Source: an uncultured Gemmatimonadota bacterium
GTDB taxonomy: Bacteria > GCA-2686955
Assembly: GCA_964490075.1 (NCBI GenBank)
Contig: CAZBBK010000056.1
Location: 1-39,426 of the forward strand
DNA length: 39,426 nucleotides
Reading direction: 5' to 3'
Position numbers and translations under genes: made by a program. The notes beneath the pieces were generated by a model. It was not told where the DNA came from. It saw only the letters and a program-made list of their open reading frames with translations, and searched no databases. Every line of letters begins with the position of its first letter. Positions within the stretch are counted from its first letter, which is position 1. Shown one piece after another: positions 1 to 12,175 of this stretch.

Positions 1-250
1 AGTCGGGTTCCGGCGGCGCCGTCGGCCGAGGCGTCGATCTCGTTGTCGGTGATCTCGCCCCATTTGATCGACTGATCGGCGAGATCTTCCGAGAACTGCC
101 CTTGCCGCGTTCGCCGGCCTATGACCAGACCCTTTCCGCGCCCGATCACGCCCCGGGGAAGATCGCCGACGACGTCGTAGTAGAGGGACTCGTTGGTGAT
201 GCTCTTCCCTTGAATGAAGAGCCCTGTGTTGTACTCGCGCAGAGCATCGT
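1..250 (-). other. Possible coding fragment running off the left edge (no start codon found in frame)
   Basis: Stop-free minus frame with GC3-rich codons: DALREYNTGLFIQGKSITNESLYYDVVGDLPRGVIG...WGEITDNEIDASADG. No in-frame ATG/GTG between it and the upstream gene, so it may be a remnant or frameshifted. Confidence 0.3.
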
Positions 251-298
251 TCCGCGACGACCAGACCGAGAGCCCCGACGCGTAGCCCGAACACGGCG

Positions 299-1201
299 TC
301 AGAGCGGAGCCCGCAGTACCACCTCGAGGTTCACGCCGAACCCGAGCAGGTCCATCAGGTGGAGCAGGGCGGCGCGCGGGTACTTCCGCACCCCGCTGCT
401 CTCCTGCAGCGCCCTGGCCGCGCGACAATCGTATTTCTGAATGAACTCGAGCAGCTCCAGGCCCGTTTGTCGAGCAACACTCTCAAGGGCGCGCCTCGAG
501 TACCCGATCAGGTGGAATGAATCGTGATAGGGACAGAGCTCCTGAGCCACGCCGGTTGAGCTTCTCTGTCTCCACGTGCGGATTCTGTTGGTCAGTGCGA
601 GCTCGTTGGGCGACACGAAGTAGAGGATCCCCCCCGGCTCCAGGAGCGCGACGATTTTGACGAAGTAGTCGATGGGACTGGGGACGTGTTCGAGGACCGA
701 GTCCGCATAGACGAGAGAGTAGCTTCCGCCACCGGGGAGGTCGAGAAAGGGCGTTGACAGAACGCTGATCGGCGGATCTGCCCTGCGCAGAGCGCGCGCA
801 AAAGCCGATGATGGCTCCTGCGCAACAACATCCCAGTCGCGCTCGACCATGTAGCGACTCATGAACGCCTGCACGCCGGCGCCGAGCTCCAGCATGGTCT
901 TGCTCGAGCTTCGAAGATGATCGCGGATCAGCGCCAGTCTTCGCGCCGGAATGGTCTCGGCCCGCATGGTTCGCCATCCGGCAGTAGGCTCTTTGAAGTA
1001 GCCATCGCCATAGAGGATCTCGAAGTCAGCCTCGTCCCAGTGGGGCATCGGGTCTGTATAGAGCAGGTCGCAGTCGCGACAGGCAACGATGCAGGAATCG
1101 TCCGGAGGCGTGATCCGGCCCCTCTCGAGATCGACGTTGCCAACCAGACGGGAGCTCGTGCTATTGCAGACCGGGCAGCGGCCGGTCGTGTAGGTAGCCA
1201 T
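299..1201 (-). CDS. Class I SAM-dependent methyltransferase with N-terminal CxxC...CxxC (putative Zn-binding) region
   Basis: CPVC and CRDC at the N-terminus; motif I-like LELGAG; DSVLEHV; LLEPGGILYF; GAGG RBS 9 nt downstream of the upstream gene's stop region. Confidence 0.85.
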   Translation of the reverse strand: MATYTTGRCPVCNSTSSRLVGNVDLERGRITPPDDSCIVACRDCDLLYTDPMPHWDEADFEILYGDGYFKEPTAGWRTMRAETIPARRLALIRDHLRSSSKTMLELGAGVQAFMSRYMVERDWDVVAQEPSSAFARALRRADPPISVLSTPFLDLPGGGSYSLVYADSVLEHVPSPIDYFVKIVALLEPGGILYFVSPNELALTNRIRTWRQRSSTGVAQELCPYHDSFHLIGYSRRALESVARQTGLELLEFIQKYDCRAARALQESSGVRKYPRAALLHLMDLLGFGVNLEVVLRAPL

Positions 1202-1210
1202 GGAGGCACC

Positions 1211-2344
1211 TCATTTTGCTCTGAGCAGCGCCAACGCCTCGATCTGGCTGGTCCAGGGCATCATATCGACCGGCTGCACCGAAACCGTATCGTAGTCGTG
1301 GCGCGCCAGTAGATCGAGATCGCGGCAGAGGGTTCTTGGCGCGCAGGAGAGGTAGAGAACCTGCTTGGCTGAGGAGTTGCCGATCATCTCCAGCACCGGC
1401 TCCAGGGCTCCGGCCCGGGAGGGGTTCAGAATGATGGCATCCGGCCGCCGTTGACGCAGTCTGCGCAGAGAACGTTCCACCGACGACGAGAGCACCTCGA
1501 ACTCCCTCCCTCCGCAGTCCCGAGCGGTGGACTTGAGGTCGGACACCGCGGCTCGGGATCCTTCGACGTAGAGCACCCGGCGGTAGCTGTGCCCAAGCGC
1601 AAAGCCGTGGGTACCGACGCCGGCGTAGAGGTCGATGAGCAGATTGCCCCCGGACAGGTAGCGGTCCATCAGCTCGTGGATCGCCGGCAGAATCGAGAGA
1701 TTGACTTGGAAGAAGGCGCCTGGAGAAACACGAAGCTGCATCCCGGCGTGATGGACCCAGATCTCTCGTTCCCCCCAGAGGTGCTGGATGGCGCCCCGGA
1801 TCACCTGGGAACCGCCTTTCGGGTTCAGATTGACCGAGATGCCGTCCACCGCGGGCGTTGCACGGCGCAGAGCCTCGAGCGGGAAAGGGGGCATCTCATC
1901 GGCCCGGAAAACCAATATGAGATGCTGCCGCCGCGGGTCACTGCCGCAGAGCAGATCCAGGTGGCGCAGCTCGCGGGGGATGTTGCCGGCGGTGTTCAAC
2001 AGCTCGCGGATTCGCCGAGTGGTATCCAGCAGTTCCGGCGCAATGACGCCGCAGTCCGGTGTGTCGACGATCTCTCGGGTGCCGGATCGAAAGTAGCCGA
2101 GCCTTGTGCCGCCGTGGCGGGAGATGCCTACCGCCATCCGCACCCGGTTGCGATAGCCGATTGTCTTCGGCGAGGACAGTGTTCGCGGGATGTGTACGTT
2201 GGCAAGACTGTCGTAATTCCTGAGCTCCCGGCCAAGAACTCTCCGTTTGCGCTGCAACTGCTCGCCATAGCTCATGCCGAGCATGCCGCAGGCACCGCAA
2301 TCCTCCTGGTGGGAGCAGGTCCATCCTGATGCGAGGTTGCTCAC
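1211..2344 (-). CDS. rlmD: 23S rRNA (uracil-C5)-methyltransferase, RlmD/RlmC (TrmA) family, lacking TRAM domain
   Basis: Fe-S motif CSHQEDCGAC...C, GYRNR, AFFQVN, DLYAGVG, LNPSRAG, catalytic YLSCAPRTLCRD, DMMPWTSQIE. Start placed at GTG 2344 (alternative ATG 2356), not the ORF-track start 2473. Confidence 0.8.
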   Translation of the reverse strand: MSNLASGWTCSHQEDCGACGMLGMSYGEQLQRKRRVLGRELRNYDSLANVHIPRTLSSPKTIGYRNRVRMAVGISRHGGTRLGYFRSGTREIVDTPDCGVIAPELLDTTRRIRELLNTAGNIPRELRHLDLLCGSDPRRQHLILVFRADEMPPFPLEALRRATPAVDGISVNLNPKGGSQVIRGAIQHLWGEREIWVHHAGMQLRVSPGAFFQVNLSILPAIHELMDRYLSGGNLLIDLYAGVGTHGFALGHSYRRVLYVEGSRAAVSDLKSTARDCGGREFEVLSSSVERSLRRLRQRRPDAIILNPSRAGALEPVLEMIGNSSAKQVLYLSCAPRTLCRDLDLLARHDYDTVSVQPVDMMPWTSQIEALALLRAK

Positions 2345-2521
2345 CCGCGGGAGCATACTCCATGTGGTTCGCGTGGGCGCTGCACTGGCTCGTGCCATCA
2401 ACCGATGTGGTCGTTCTGGCGCGAACCCTAGGGATCGGCGGGCGCTTCCCCGAAAAAGCCGCGTGTGGGCCATACTTATAGGTTCAGCATCTTATCGAGA
2501 GCCACCGATCACCGCCCACCG

Positions 2522-5148
<2,627 letters not shown>

Positions 5149-5152
<4 letters not shown>

Positions 5153-6378
5153 CGGCGGAACAGGAAGCAAGAAGCTGGCTGCTGGGACCGGACGCGACCG
5201 GAAGGACGCTGCGCATCGAGGGCGACCGTGTCGGCGGCGACGCGCGCGGTTCCGATGCGGCGCTGCCGCGCCTGCCCTGCACCGACGGGCGCATCGAAGC
5301 CGGACGGGTCAACGCCCACACCCACATCTACAGCGGTCTGGTGCCCTTCGACATGCCGCCGCCCGATCCTCCCCCCGAGGATTTCGTGCAGATTCTCGAG
5401 CGCCTCTGGTGGCGCCTCGACCGCGCCCTGGACCCTGACAGCCTGCACGCCGCGGCCCGCTGCTACGTGGCCGAAGCTCTGCTCGCGGGAACCACCACGC
5501 TGATCGACCACCACGAATCGCCGCGGCTCATCGAGGGATCGCTCGACCTGCTCGGCTCCTGCTGCGACGAGCTCGGCATGCGCGCCCTGCTCTGCTACGG
5601 AGCCACCGAACGCAACGGCGGCGGGCAAGAGGCGCGCAGCGGGCTGGAAGAATGCCGGCGTTTCCTGCGCGCATCGGGCTCGGGACTGCAACGCGGCGCG
5701 GTGGCTCTGCACGCCTCGTTCACGGTGTCGGATGCGACCATCCGCCGGGCCTGCGCGCTGTGCCGCGAGACCGGCGCCGTGTTGCACCTGCACCTCGCCG
5801 AAGACCGTGCCGACCTGGAAGACGCGCGCGGGCGCGGCTTCGCCGGACCGCTGGAGCGCTTGCTGGCCTGCGACGCCCCGCTCGAAGGCGCGATCCTGGC
5901 CCACGGCGTACACCTGAGGCGAGAGCAGGTCGAGCAAATCAACGACCAGGGCGCCTGGCTGGTCCAGAACCCGCGCTCCAATCACGGCAATCGCGTCGGC
6001 TATCCCGGCACGCTGCGCCACGGGCGGCGCGTGGCGCTGGGCACCGACGGCTATCCCGCCGACATGGATCAGGAGTCGGCATTCCTGCGCGACTCCGCCG
6101 CCGCTCAGGATGACGATGCGGCGGCGGCCGCTGAGCGCGCGAACGCCGGCCTGGCGCTCGCCGGCCGGCTCTTCGGTACGCCCTTCGACCCCGAGCTGGA
6201 GCCCGGCTCGACCGCCGACCTGCGCGTGATCGCGCCGGACGGACAGGTGCTGCACGTGGTGGTGGGCGGGCGCCTGGTGGTCCGCGACGGCCGACTCGCG
6301 GGCGCCGACATCGACGAGATCCGCGAGCAGGCGGCCACCCAGGCAAAGCGCCTCTGGCGGCGCATGGAGAAGATCTGA
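5149..6378 (+). CDS. ssnA: SsnA-like metal-dependent amidohydrolase
   Basis: NAHTHIYS (HxH), [54 protein letters not shown] overlap with the xdh stop; true start 5149, not 4432. Confidence 0.8.
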
Positions 6379-6379
6379 T

Positions 6380-7879
6380 ATGGCGACACTTGGACTGGAG
6401 AGGGAGATCGTCGACGCCGCGGTGCTCGACAACACCGTGGCGCGTTTCAAGGATGCCGGAGTGCTCCTGCCCACCTTCGCCGAGCTGGCCGATCCGCAGC
6501 GAATCCCGGAGCGGGTCGACAAGGCACTGAAGAGAGTCGACCCCGACGCGCCCCATCCCTTGAATCTGTTCCGGGTCCACTGGTACAACGATGCCACGCG
6601 CCGCGGCCGGGCCGCGCTGCCCGCCCACCTGGTGCTGCCCCCGGAGCTCACCGGAGTGGCCAGCCCGATCATCGTCGCACTCGGCTGTCGCTTCCCGATG
6701 ATCGCCGCCCACAAGGTGCTGGCGGCCTATAGCTGCCTGGTGCCGCGCCTGGTCACCGGTCAGTTCGATCCCACCCTGCATCGCGCGCTCTGGCCTTCGA
6801 CCGGCAACTACTGTCGCGGCGGCGTAGCGATCTCACGCATCATGGGCTGCCGCGGCATCGCCATCCTGCCCGAAGGAATGAGTCGCGAGCGCTTCGACTG
6901 GCTCGAGTCGTGGGTCGCCGAGGCGGACGATATCGTGCGCACCGTGGGCGTCGAGAGCAACGTCAAAGAAATCTACGACCGCTGCGCCGAGCTCGACGCC
7001 GATCCCACCAACATCATCTTCAATCAGTTCTGCGAGTTCGCCAACCACCTGGGGCATTATGTCTGCACCGGGCGTGCGCTCGAGAACATCTACCACGAGG
7101 CGCGTCGTTCTCACCCCGACCTGGAGCTCTCGGCCTTCGTGTCGGCGACCGGATCGGCGGGCACGATCGCCGCGGGCGACCACCTGAAGGAGCGTTTCGG
7201 GACTCAGATCGCGGCGGTGGAGGCGCTCGAATGCCCCACCCTGCTCTACAACGGTTTCGGAGACCACAACGTACAGGGAATCGGCGACAAGCACGTGCCC
7301 TTGATCCACAACGTCCTGAACACCGACTTCGTGACCGCGGTCTCCGACCTGGCCACCGACAGCGTCGGCGTGCTCTTCAACTCTGACCAGGGGCGAAGCT
7401 ACCTGGCCGATCGCAAGGGCGTGCCCGCGGAGACGATCGCCGCCCTCGGCGAGCTCGGCATCTCCTCGATCTGCAACGTGCTGGCATCGATCAAGCTGGC
7501 CCGCTACCTCGACCTCGGTCCCGACCAGGCGATCATCACCATCGCCACCGACGCCTGGTCGATGTACGCATCGGAAGAGCGCAAGGCGCTGCAGGAGCGA
7601 TTCGGCGGCCGCTTCGACGGCCTCAGCGCCGCGGAGACCTTCGGCCGCCACGTCCTGGGGCTCGGCACCGATCATCTGCGCGAGCTGAGCCGCCAGGAGC
7701 GACTGCGGATCTTCAATCTCGGCTACTTCACCTGGGTCGAGCAGCAGGGGATCGGAATCGAGGATTTCGTGGCGCGCAAAGACCCGTCGTTCTGGCGTGG
7801 GCTGCACGAGCTGGTACCGATCTGGGATCGTCTGATCGGCGAAGTGAACCGGCGCACCGGGCTGGCCGAGGCTCTGTGA
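6380..7879 (+). CDS. Fold-type-II PLP-dependent enzyme (cysteine synthase/Trp synthase beta-like), 499 aa
   Basis: AAHKVLAAY (PLP Lys), [17 protein letters not shown] phosphate loop, HNVQGIGD; starts 1 nt after the ssnA stop. Confidence 0.85.
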   Translation: MATLGLEREIVDAAVLDNTVARFKDAGVLLPTFAELADPQRIPERVDKALKRVDPDAPHPLNLFRVHWYNDATRRGRAALPAHLVLPPELTGVASPIIVALGCRFPMIAAHKVLAAYSCLVPRLVTGQFDPTLHRALWPSTGNYCRGGVAISRIMGCRGIAILPEGMSRERFDWLESWVAEADDIVRTVGVESNVKEIYDRCAELDADPTNIIFNQFCEFANHLGHYVCTGRALENIYHEARRSHPDLELSAFVSATGSAGTIAAGDHLKERFGTQIAAVEALECPTLLYNGFGDHNVQGIGDKHVPLIHNVLNTDFVTAVSDLATDSVGVLFNSDQGRSYLADRKGVPAETIAALGELGISSICNVLASIKLARYLDLGPDQAIITIATDAWSMYASEERKALQERFGGRFDGLSAAETFGRHVLGLGTDHLRELSRQERLRIFNLGYFTWVEQQGIGIEDFVARKDPSFWRGLHELVPIWDRLIGEVNRRTGLAEAL

Positions 7880-9339
7880 TGACTGTCACCACCATGGTGT
7901 GCGGCGGCTGCGGGGCCGAAGCTCCGCCGAACGACCCCTTCCGCTGCCCGCGGGCGCGCGGCGACGACGATGTCGACCACCTGCTCACGCGCCTTCTCGA
8001 CACCGAGGCGATCGAGTTCCCCGTCCACCGCGAAAGCGACAATCCCTTCCTGCGCTTCTCCGTCCTCACCCGTGCCTGGGACCTGGGTCGGGAACACGGG
8101 ATTCCCGCGACCGAGCTGGAACACCTGATCGAGGATCTGAGCGCAGCGGTGGCGCGGGTCGACGGCCGTCGTTTCGTCCACACCCCCTTGGTCGCGCTGC
8201 CGGAGCTGGAGCAGGCCTGGGATCTCGGCGGCACGCTGTGGGCCAAGGACGAAACCAACAACGTTTCGGGGTCGCACAAGGCGCGCCACCTGATGGGAGT
8301 GATGCTCTACCTGCGGGTCGCCGAGCGCCTCTCCCTGATCGATCCCCAGCGCCCGCTGGCGATCTCGAGCTGCGGCAACGCCGCCCTGGCGGCGGCGGTG
8401 ATCGCTCGCGCGGCGGCGCGGCCGATCGATGTCTACATTCCGGAGTGGGCCGACCCCGATGTGGTGCGGAGCCTCGAGACGCTCGACGCCCGGCTGCATC
8501 GCTGCCCCAGAGACCCGAACCTGCGCGGCGATCCTTGCACCCACGCCTTTCGACAGGCGGTGGCGCGGGGCGCCCTCCCCTTTTCCTGCCAGGGCACCGA
8601 CAACGGGCTGGCCCTCGAGGGCGGGCTGACGCTGGGCTACGAGCTGGTGGCGGAGCTGCACGCCGATCCGCCGGATCGGATCTTCATCCAGGTCGGCGGA
8701 GGCGCGCTGGCCAGCGCCTGTATCCAGGCCTGGCGCGAGGCCAAGGAGTGGGGTCTGGTGACGCGAATCCCGCGCTTTCACGCCGTCCAGACCGAGAACA
8801 CCGCGCCGCTCCAACGCGCCTATCGGAAGATGGTGACGCGCATCATGGCCGAGCTTCCCCACGCGTCCGCCAACGGCGGCGACGTTTTCGCCGACCTCGA
8901 ATCGACCGCCCGGCGCGCCGATCTGCTGCGCCGCGAGACCCAATCACGCGCCGTGGCGAGCGCGCTGCGCCACGCCGCCACGCACCGCTCGCACTATATG
9001 TGGGCCTGGGAGAGCCCGCCCCAGAGCATCGCCCATGGAATCCTCGACGACGAGACCTACGACTGGCTGGCGGTGGTGCGCGGCATGATCGCCTCGGGCG
9101 GCTACCCGCTCACGGTCTCCGAAGAGCTGCTCGAGGAGGCGCGCGACACCTTGCGGAAGACATCCAAGATCCGCGCCGACGCCACCGGCAGCGCGGGACT
9201 GGCGGGGCTGGCGCTGCTCCAGCGCTCGGGGCTGACCGCCCCGGGCGAGCGCTGGTTGGTCCTCGCGACCGGCATCGACCGCCAAGACGAGAAACACCCG
9301 ATGAATGGGGGGAGGGCAACGCACCCGGGGGAACGGTAG
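7879..9339 (+). CDS. Threonine synthase-like PLP-dependent enzyme with N-terminal Cys motif
   Basis: CGGCG...FRCP N-terminus, TPL, KDETNNVSGSHKAR (PLP Lys), SSCGNAA, QVGGGAL, SIAHGI, LATG. TGATG overlap with the upstream stop. Confidence 0.8.
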   Translation: MTVTTMVCGGCGAEAPPNDPFRCPRARGDDDVDHLLTRLLDTEAIEFPVHRESDNPFLRFSVLTRAWDLGREHGIPATELEHLIEDLSAAVARVDGRRFVHTPLVALPELEQAWDLGGTLWAKDETNNVSGSHKARHLMGVMLYLRVAERLSLIDPQRPLAISSCGNAALAAAVIARAAARPIDVYIPEWADPDVVRSLETLDARLHRCPRDPNLRGDPCTHAFRQAVARGALPFSCQGTDNGLALEGGLTLGYELVAELHADPPDRIFIQVGGGALASACIQAWREAKEWGLVTRIPRFHAVQTENTAPLQRAYRKMVTRIMAELPHASANGGDVFADLESTARRADLLRRETQSRAVASALRHAATHRSHYMWAWESPPQSIAHGILDDETYDWLAVVRGMIASGGYPLTVSEELLEEARDTLRKTSKIRADATGSAGLAGLALLQRSGLTAPGERWLVLATGIDRQDEKHPMNGGRATHPGER

Positions 9340-9347
9340 GAACCGTG

Positions 9348-12089
9348 ATGAGCACCACAATCGAAAAGCTCCAGCAGGCGCTGGCGAAGGCCAAAGGCCG
9401 CCGCCGCGTCGATCTGTTGGTAGAGCTGGCCGATCACCAGGGACGCGGCGGGATCGACGCCGCCGGCGATAGCCTGCAAGAGGCGCTCGACCTGGCATCT
9501 GAGCTCGGCTACCGGCCGGGCGAGATCGACGCCCGCATCGAGCTCGGCCTGGGTACCGTCGGCGAATCCGACCTCGACGCCGCCGAGCGCGAGCTGTCGC
9601 GGGCCCTCGAACTGGCCCGCGCCGAAGCCGACCCCGCGCGCATCGTGCGTGCGCTCAACGGCATCGGCAACGTACATAATTTGCGCGGCGACTTCCTGCA
9701 GGCCCTCAACACCTTCGTGGAGGCCCTGCACCTGGTCGAGCAATCGGACGGCGTCATCGACGGGGATCGCACCCTGAATCACCTCGCCCACGTCCACTCC
9801 CGGCTCGGCGACCTGGAGCGCTCGCTTCACTACCACCAACGCTTCGCGGAGAGCGCCGAAGCCTCCGGGGACCCGCTTCGCATCGCCACCGCCTACAACA
9901 ACACCGGCGTGCTGCAGCGCGAGAACGGCGACTACACCGGGGCTCTTCGCGCCTTGCGCAAGTCCTTGCCGCCCGCCCGACGCAGCGGCAGCAAGCGCAC
10001 CCTGTCGCGCTCGCTGACCAACATCGGCCTGACCTTCATGCGCATGAACCGCTCGCGCCGAGCGATTCGCTTCTGCGAGCTCGCGCTGCACGTCAACCAG
10101 GGAATCGACAACCCGATGGGGGATCTCGACGCCTTGCGCACCCAGGGCGCGGCGCTCGCCAGGCTCGAGGAGCTCGAGCGCGCCGCCGAGGTGTTGGAGC
10201 ACGCCCGCGCCATCGCCGAGGAGCACCAGCTGCCGATGGAGCTCAAGGGTTGCTACGGGCAGCTGGCCGAGATCTACCGGGCGCTGGGACGCTTCGAGCA
10301 AGCCTACGAGCACCTGGACAAGATGCACGACCTGAGCGAGGAACTCTTCGATGCCGAGAAGGCGCGCCTCTTCAGCGAAGCCGAGACCCGTCACAAGAGC
10401 GAGATCTACCAGCTGAAAAATGTGAAGCTGGCGGCCGCCAACATCGAAATCTCCAAGCAGCGCGCCCTGCTGGAACGCGCCCGCGACGAAGCCCAGGCGG
10501 CCGATCGGGCCAAGAGCGAGTTCCTGGCGGTCATGAGCCACGAGGTTCGCACGCCCCTCAACGGTGTGATCGGCATGGCCGATCTACTGAAGGCGACCGG
10601 GCTCTCCGGCGATCAAAACGAGTATGTCGAGACGATTCGCATGTCCGGCGAAGCGTTGCTTTCGGTTCTGAACGACATCCTCGACTTCTCGAAGAGCGAG
10701 GCGGGCAAGATGAGGATCGAGAGCGCGGAATTCGACCTGGTATCGTCTTTGCGCGATCTGGTCGCGACACTGGAGCCGAGCGCCGCACGAAGGGACCTGA
10801 AGTTGGTCTGCCGTCTGGCTCCCAACCTGCCGCCGGCGGTGCGGGGCGATTGGAAACGCATCCGCCAGATCCTGTTGAATCTGCTCGACAACGCCATGAA
10901 GTTCACGCGTGCGGGGCGTATCGACCTCGAGGTGACGACGGTCGAGGAGGAAAGCGACGCCTGCCACGTCTCGTTCACCATCAAGGACACCGGAATCGGC
11001 ATCAGCGACGAGATCCAGCGGCGGATTTTCGAGCCCTTCGTGCAAGCCGACAGCTCGACCACCCGGGAGTTCGGCGGCACCGGACTGGGACTGGTCATCT
11101 GTCGTCGCCTGGTCGAGATCATGGGCGGCAGCATCGGTGTCGAGAGCGAGCTCGGGAGCGGCAGCAGCTTCTGGTTCACCATCCGCCTGCACCCGCATGG
11201 CGGCGACCGAGAGACCGCAGCACCGCGCGGCGCCGATCTCGAGGGGCTGCGCGCCCTGGTCGTGGAGGAACACCCCGCCCAACAGGTGGTCGCCGCCCAC
11301 ATGCTGAGCGGCTGGGGCATGCGCGTACAGTGCGTGGCCGACGCCACCGAGGCGCTGGACGAGATCGGCAAAGCTCTGGACGCCGGCGAGCCCTATGCCT
11401 TGGCGCTGATCGATCGAAGACTGCCCGGCACCTCCGGACTCGAGTTGGGGCGCCTGCTGCGCGCCGACCGGACCGCCGATCTGCCCCTGATCCTGATGTC
11501 CGCGGTGGTCAGAAAGGACGACGCGGAGCGGGCTCGCGAAAGCGGCTTCGGAGCCTACCTGGCCAAACCCTTGGCCGCGGCGCGAGTTCTGGCGGCCCTC
11601 CGCGACGTGCGCCGGCCCTGCCCCGAGCGCCTGCAGGAGCAGCACGCAGCCCCCCGCGCCGCGGTCCGCGCTACAGGCGCAGGGCGGCCGGCGCACGCGC
11701 CGGACATCCTGCTGGTGGAGGACAACGAGATCAACCGCCTGGTCTCGACCCGCATGATCGAGGCGCTCGGCTGCCGCGTCGCCGTGGCCCACGACGGCGC
11801 CGAAGCCGTCGCGTCGGTGGCACGCGGCCATTTCGACCTGGTGCTGATGGACTGCCAGATGCCGGTGATGGACGGCTACACGGCGACGCGCCGGATCCGC
11901 GCCCTGCCGGGCGATCGCGGGCGGGTGCCGATCGTCGCCATGACCGCCCACGCCCTGGCGGGAGACCGCGACAAATGCCTCTCCGCCGGAATGGACGACT
12001 ACCTGGCCAAGCCCTTCACCAGCGACCAGGTCGGTGCCGCGCTGCGCAAGTGGCTGGGCCCGGGCGACCAGGGACCGAGGAAGCGCTGA
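9348..12089 (+). CDS. Soluble TPR-repeat hybrid sensor histidine kinase (TPR-HisKA-HATPase-REC-REC)
   Basis: TPR-like helices (ALNGIGNVHNLRGDFLQAL, AYNNTGVLQRENGDYTGAL); H-box SHEVRTPLNG; NLLDNAMKF, DTGIGI, GGTGLGL; receivers LALID...YLAKPL and VEDNE...VLMDCQMP...YLAKPF; no TM segment; AGGA RBS before ATG 9348. Confidence 0.92.
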   Translation: MSTTIEKLQQALAKAKGRRRVDLLVELADHQGRGGIDAAGDSLQEALDLASELGYRPGEIDARIELGLGTVGESDLDAAERELSRALELARAEADPARIVRALNGIGNVHNLRGDFLQALNTFVEALHLVEQSDGVIDGDRTLNHLAHVHSRLGDLERSLHYHQRFAESAEASGDPLRIATAYNNTGVLQRENGDYTGALRALRKSLPPARRSGSKRTLSRSLTNIGLTFMRMNRSRRAIRFCELALHVNQGIDNPMGDLDALRTQGAALARLEELERAAEVLEHARAIAEEHQLPMELKGCYGQLAEIYRALGRFEQAYEHLDKMHDLSEELFDAEKARLFSEAETRHKSEIYQLKNVKLAAANIEISKQRALLERARDEAQAADRAKSEFLAVMSHEVRTPLNGVIGMADLLKATGLSGDQNEYVETIRMSGEALLSVLNDILDFSKSEAGKMRIESAEFDLVSSLRDLVATLEPSAARRDLKLVCRLAPNLPPAVRGDWKRIRQILLNLLDNAMKFTRAGRIDLEVTTVEEESDACHVSFTIKDTGIGISDEIQRRIFEPFVQADSSTTREFGGTGLGLVICRRLVEIMGGSIGVESELGSGSSFWFTIRLHPHGGDRETAAPRGADLEGLRALVVEEHPAQQVVAAHMLSGWGMRVQCVADATEALDEIGKALDAGEPYALALIDRRLPGTSGLELGRLLRADRTADLPLILMSAVVRKDDAERARESGFGAYLAKPLAAARVLAALRDVRRPCPERLQEQHAAPRAAVRATGAGRPAHAPDILLVEDNEINRLVSTRMIEALGCRVAVAHDGAEAVASVARGHFDLVLMDCQMPVMDGYTATRRIRALPGDRGRVPIVAMTAHALAGDRDKCLSAGMDDYLAKPFTSDQVGAALRKWLGPGDQGPRKR

Positions 12090-12175
12090 CCTACGCGGCA
12101 CGGTCGAGCCTTGCATCGAGTTAGACTTCCTCTCGACACTCGAGAGCTCCCCCGCGGCCCAGCCAAGGAGCCACC

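Noticed and set aside
7899-9347. N-terminal 483 codons of the 1396-aa ORF as part of the kinase, or a frameshift fusion
   Set aside because: Arg/Pro/Gly-rich off-frame translation of the PLP gene; the kinase has its own RBS and ATG at 9348.
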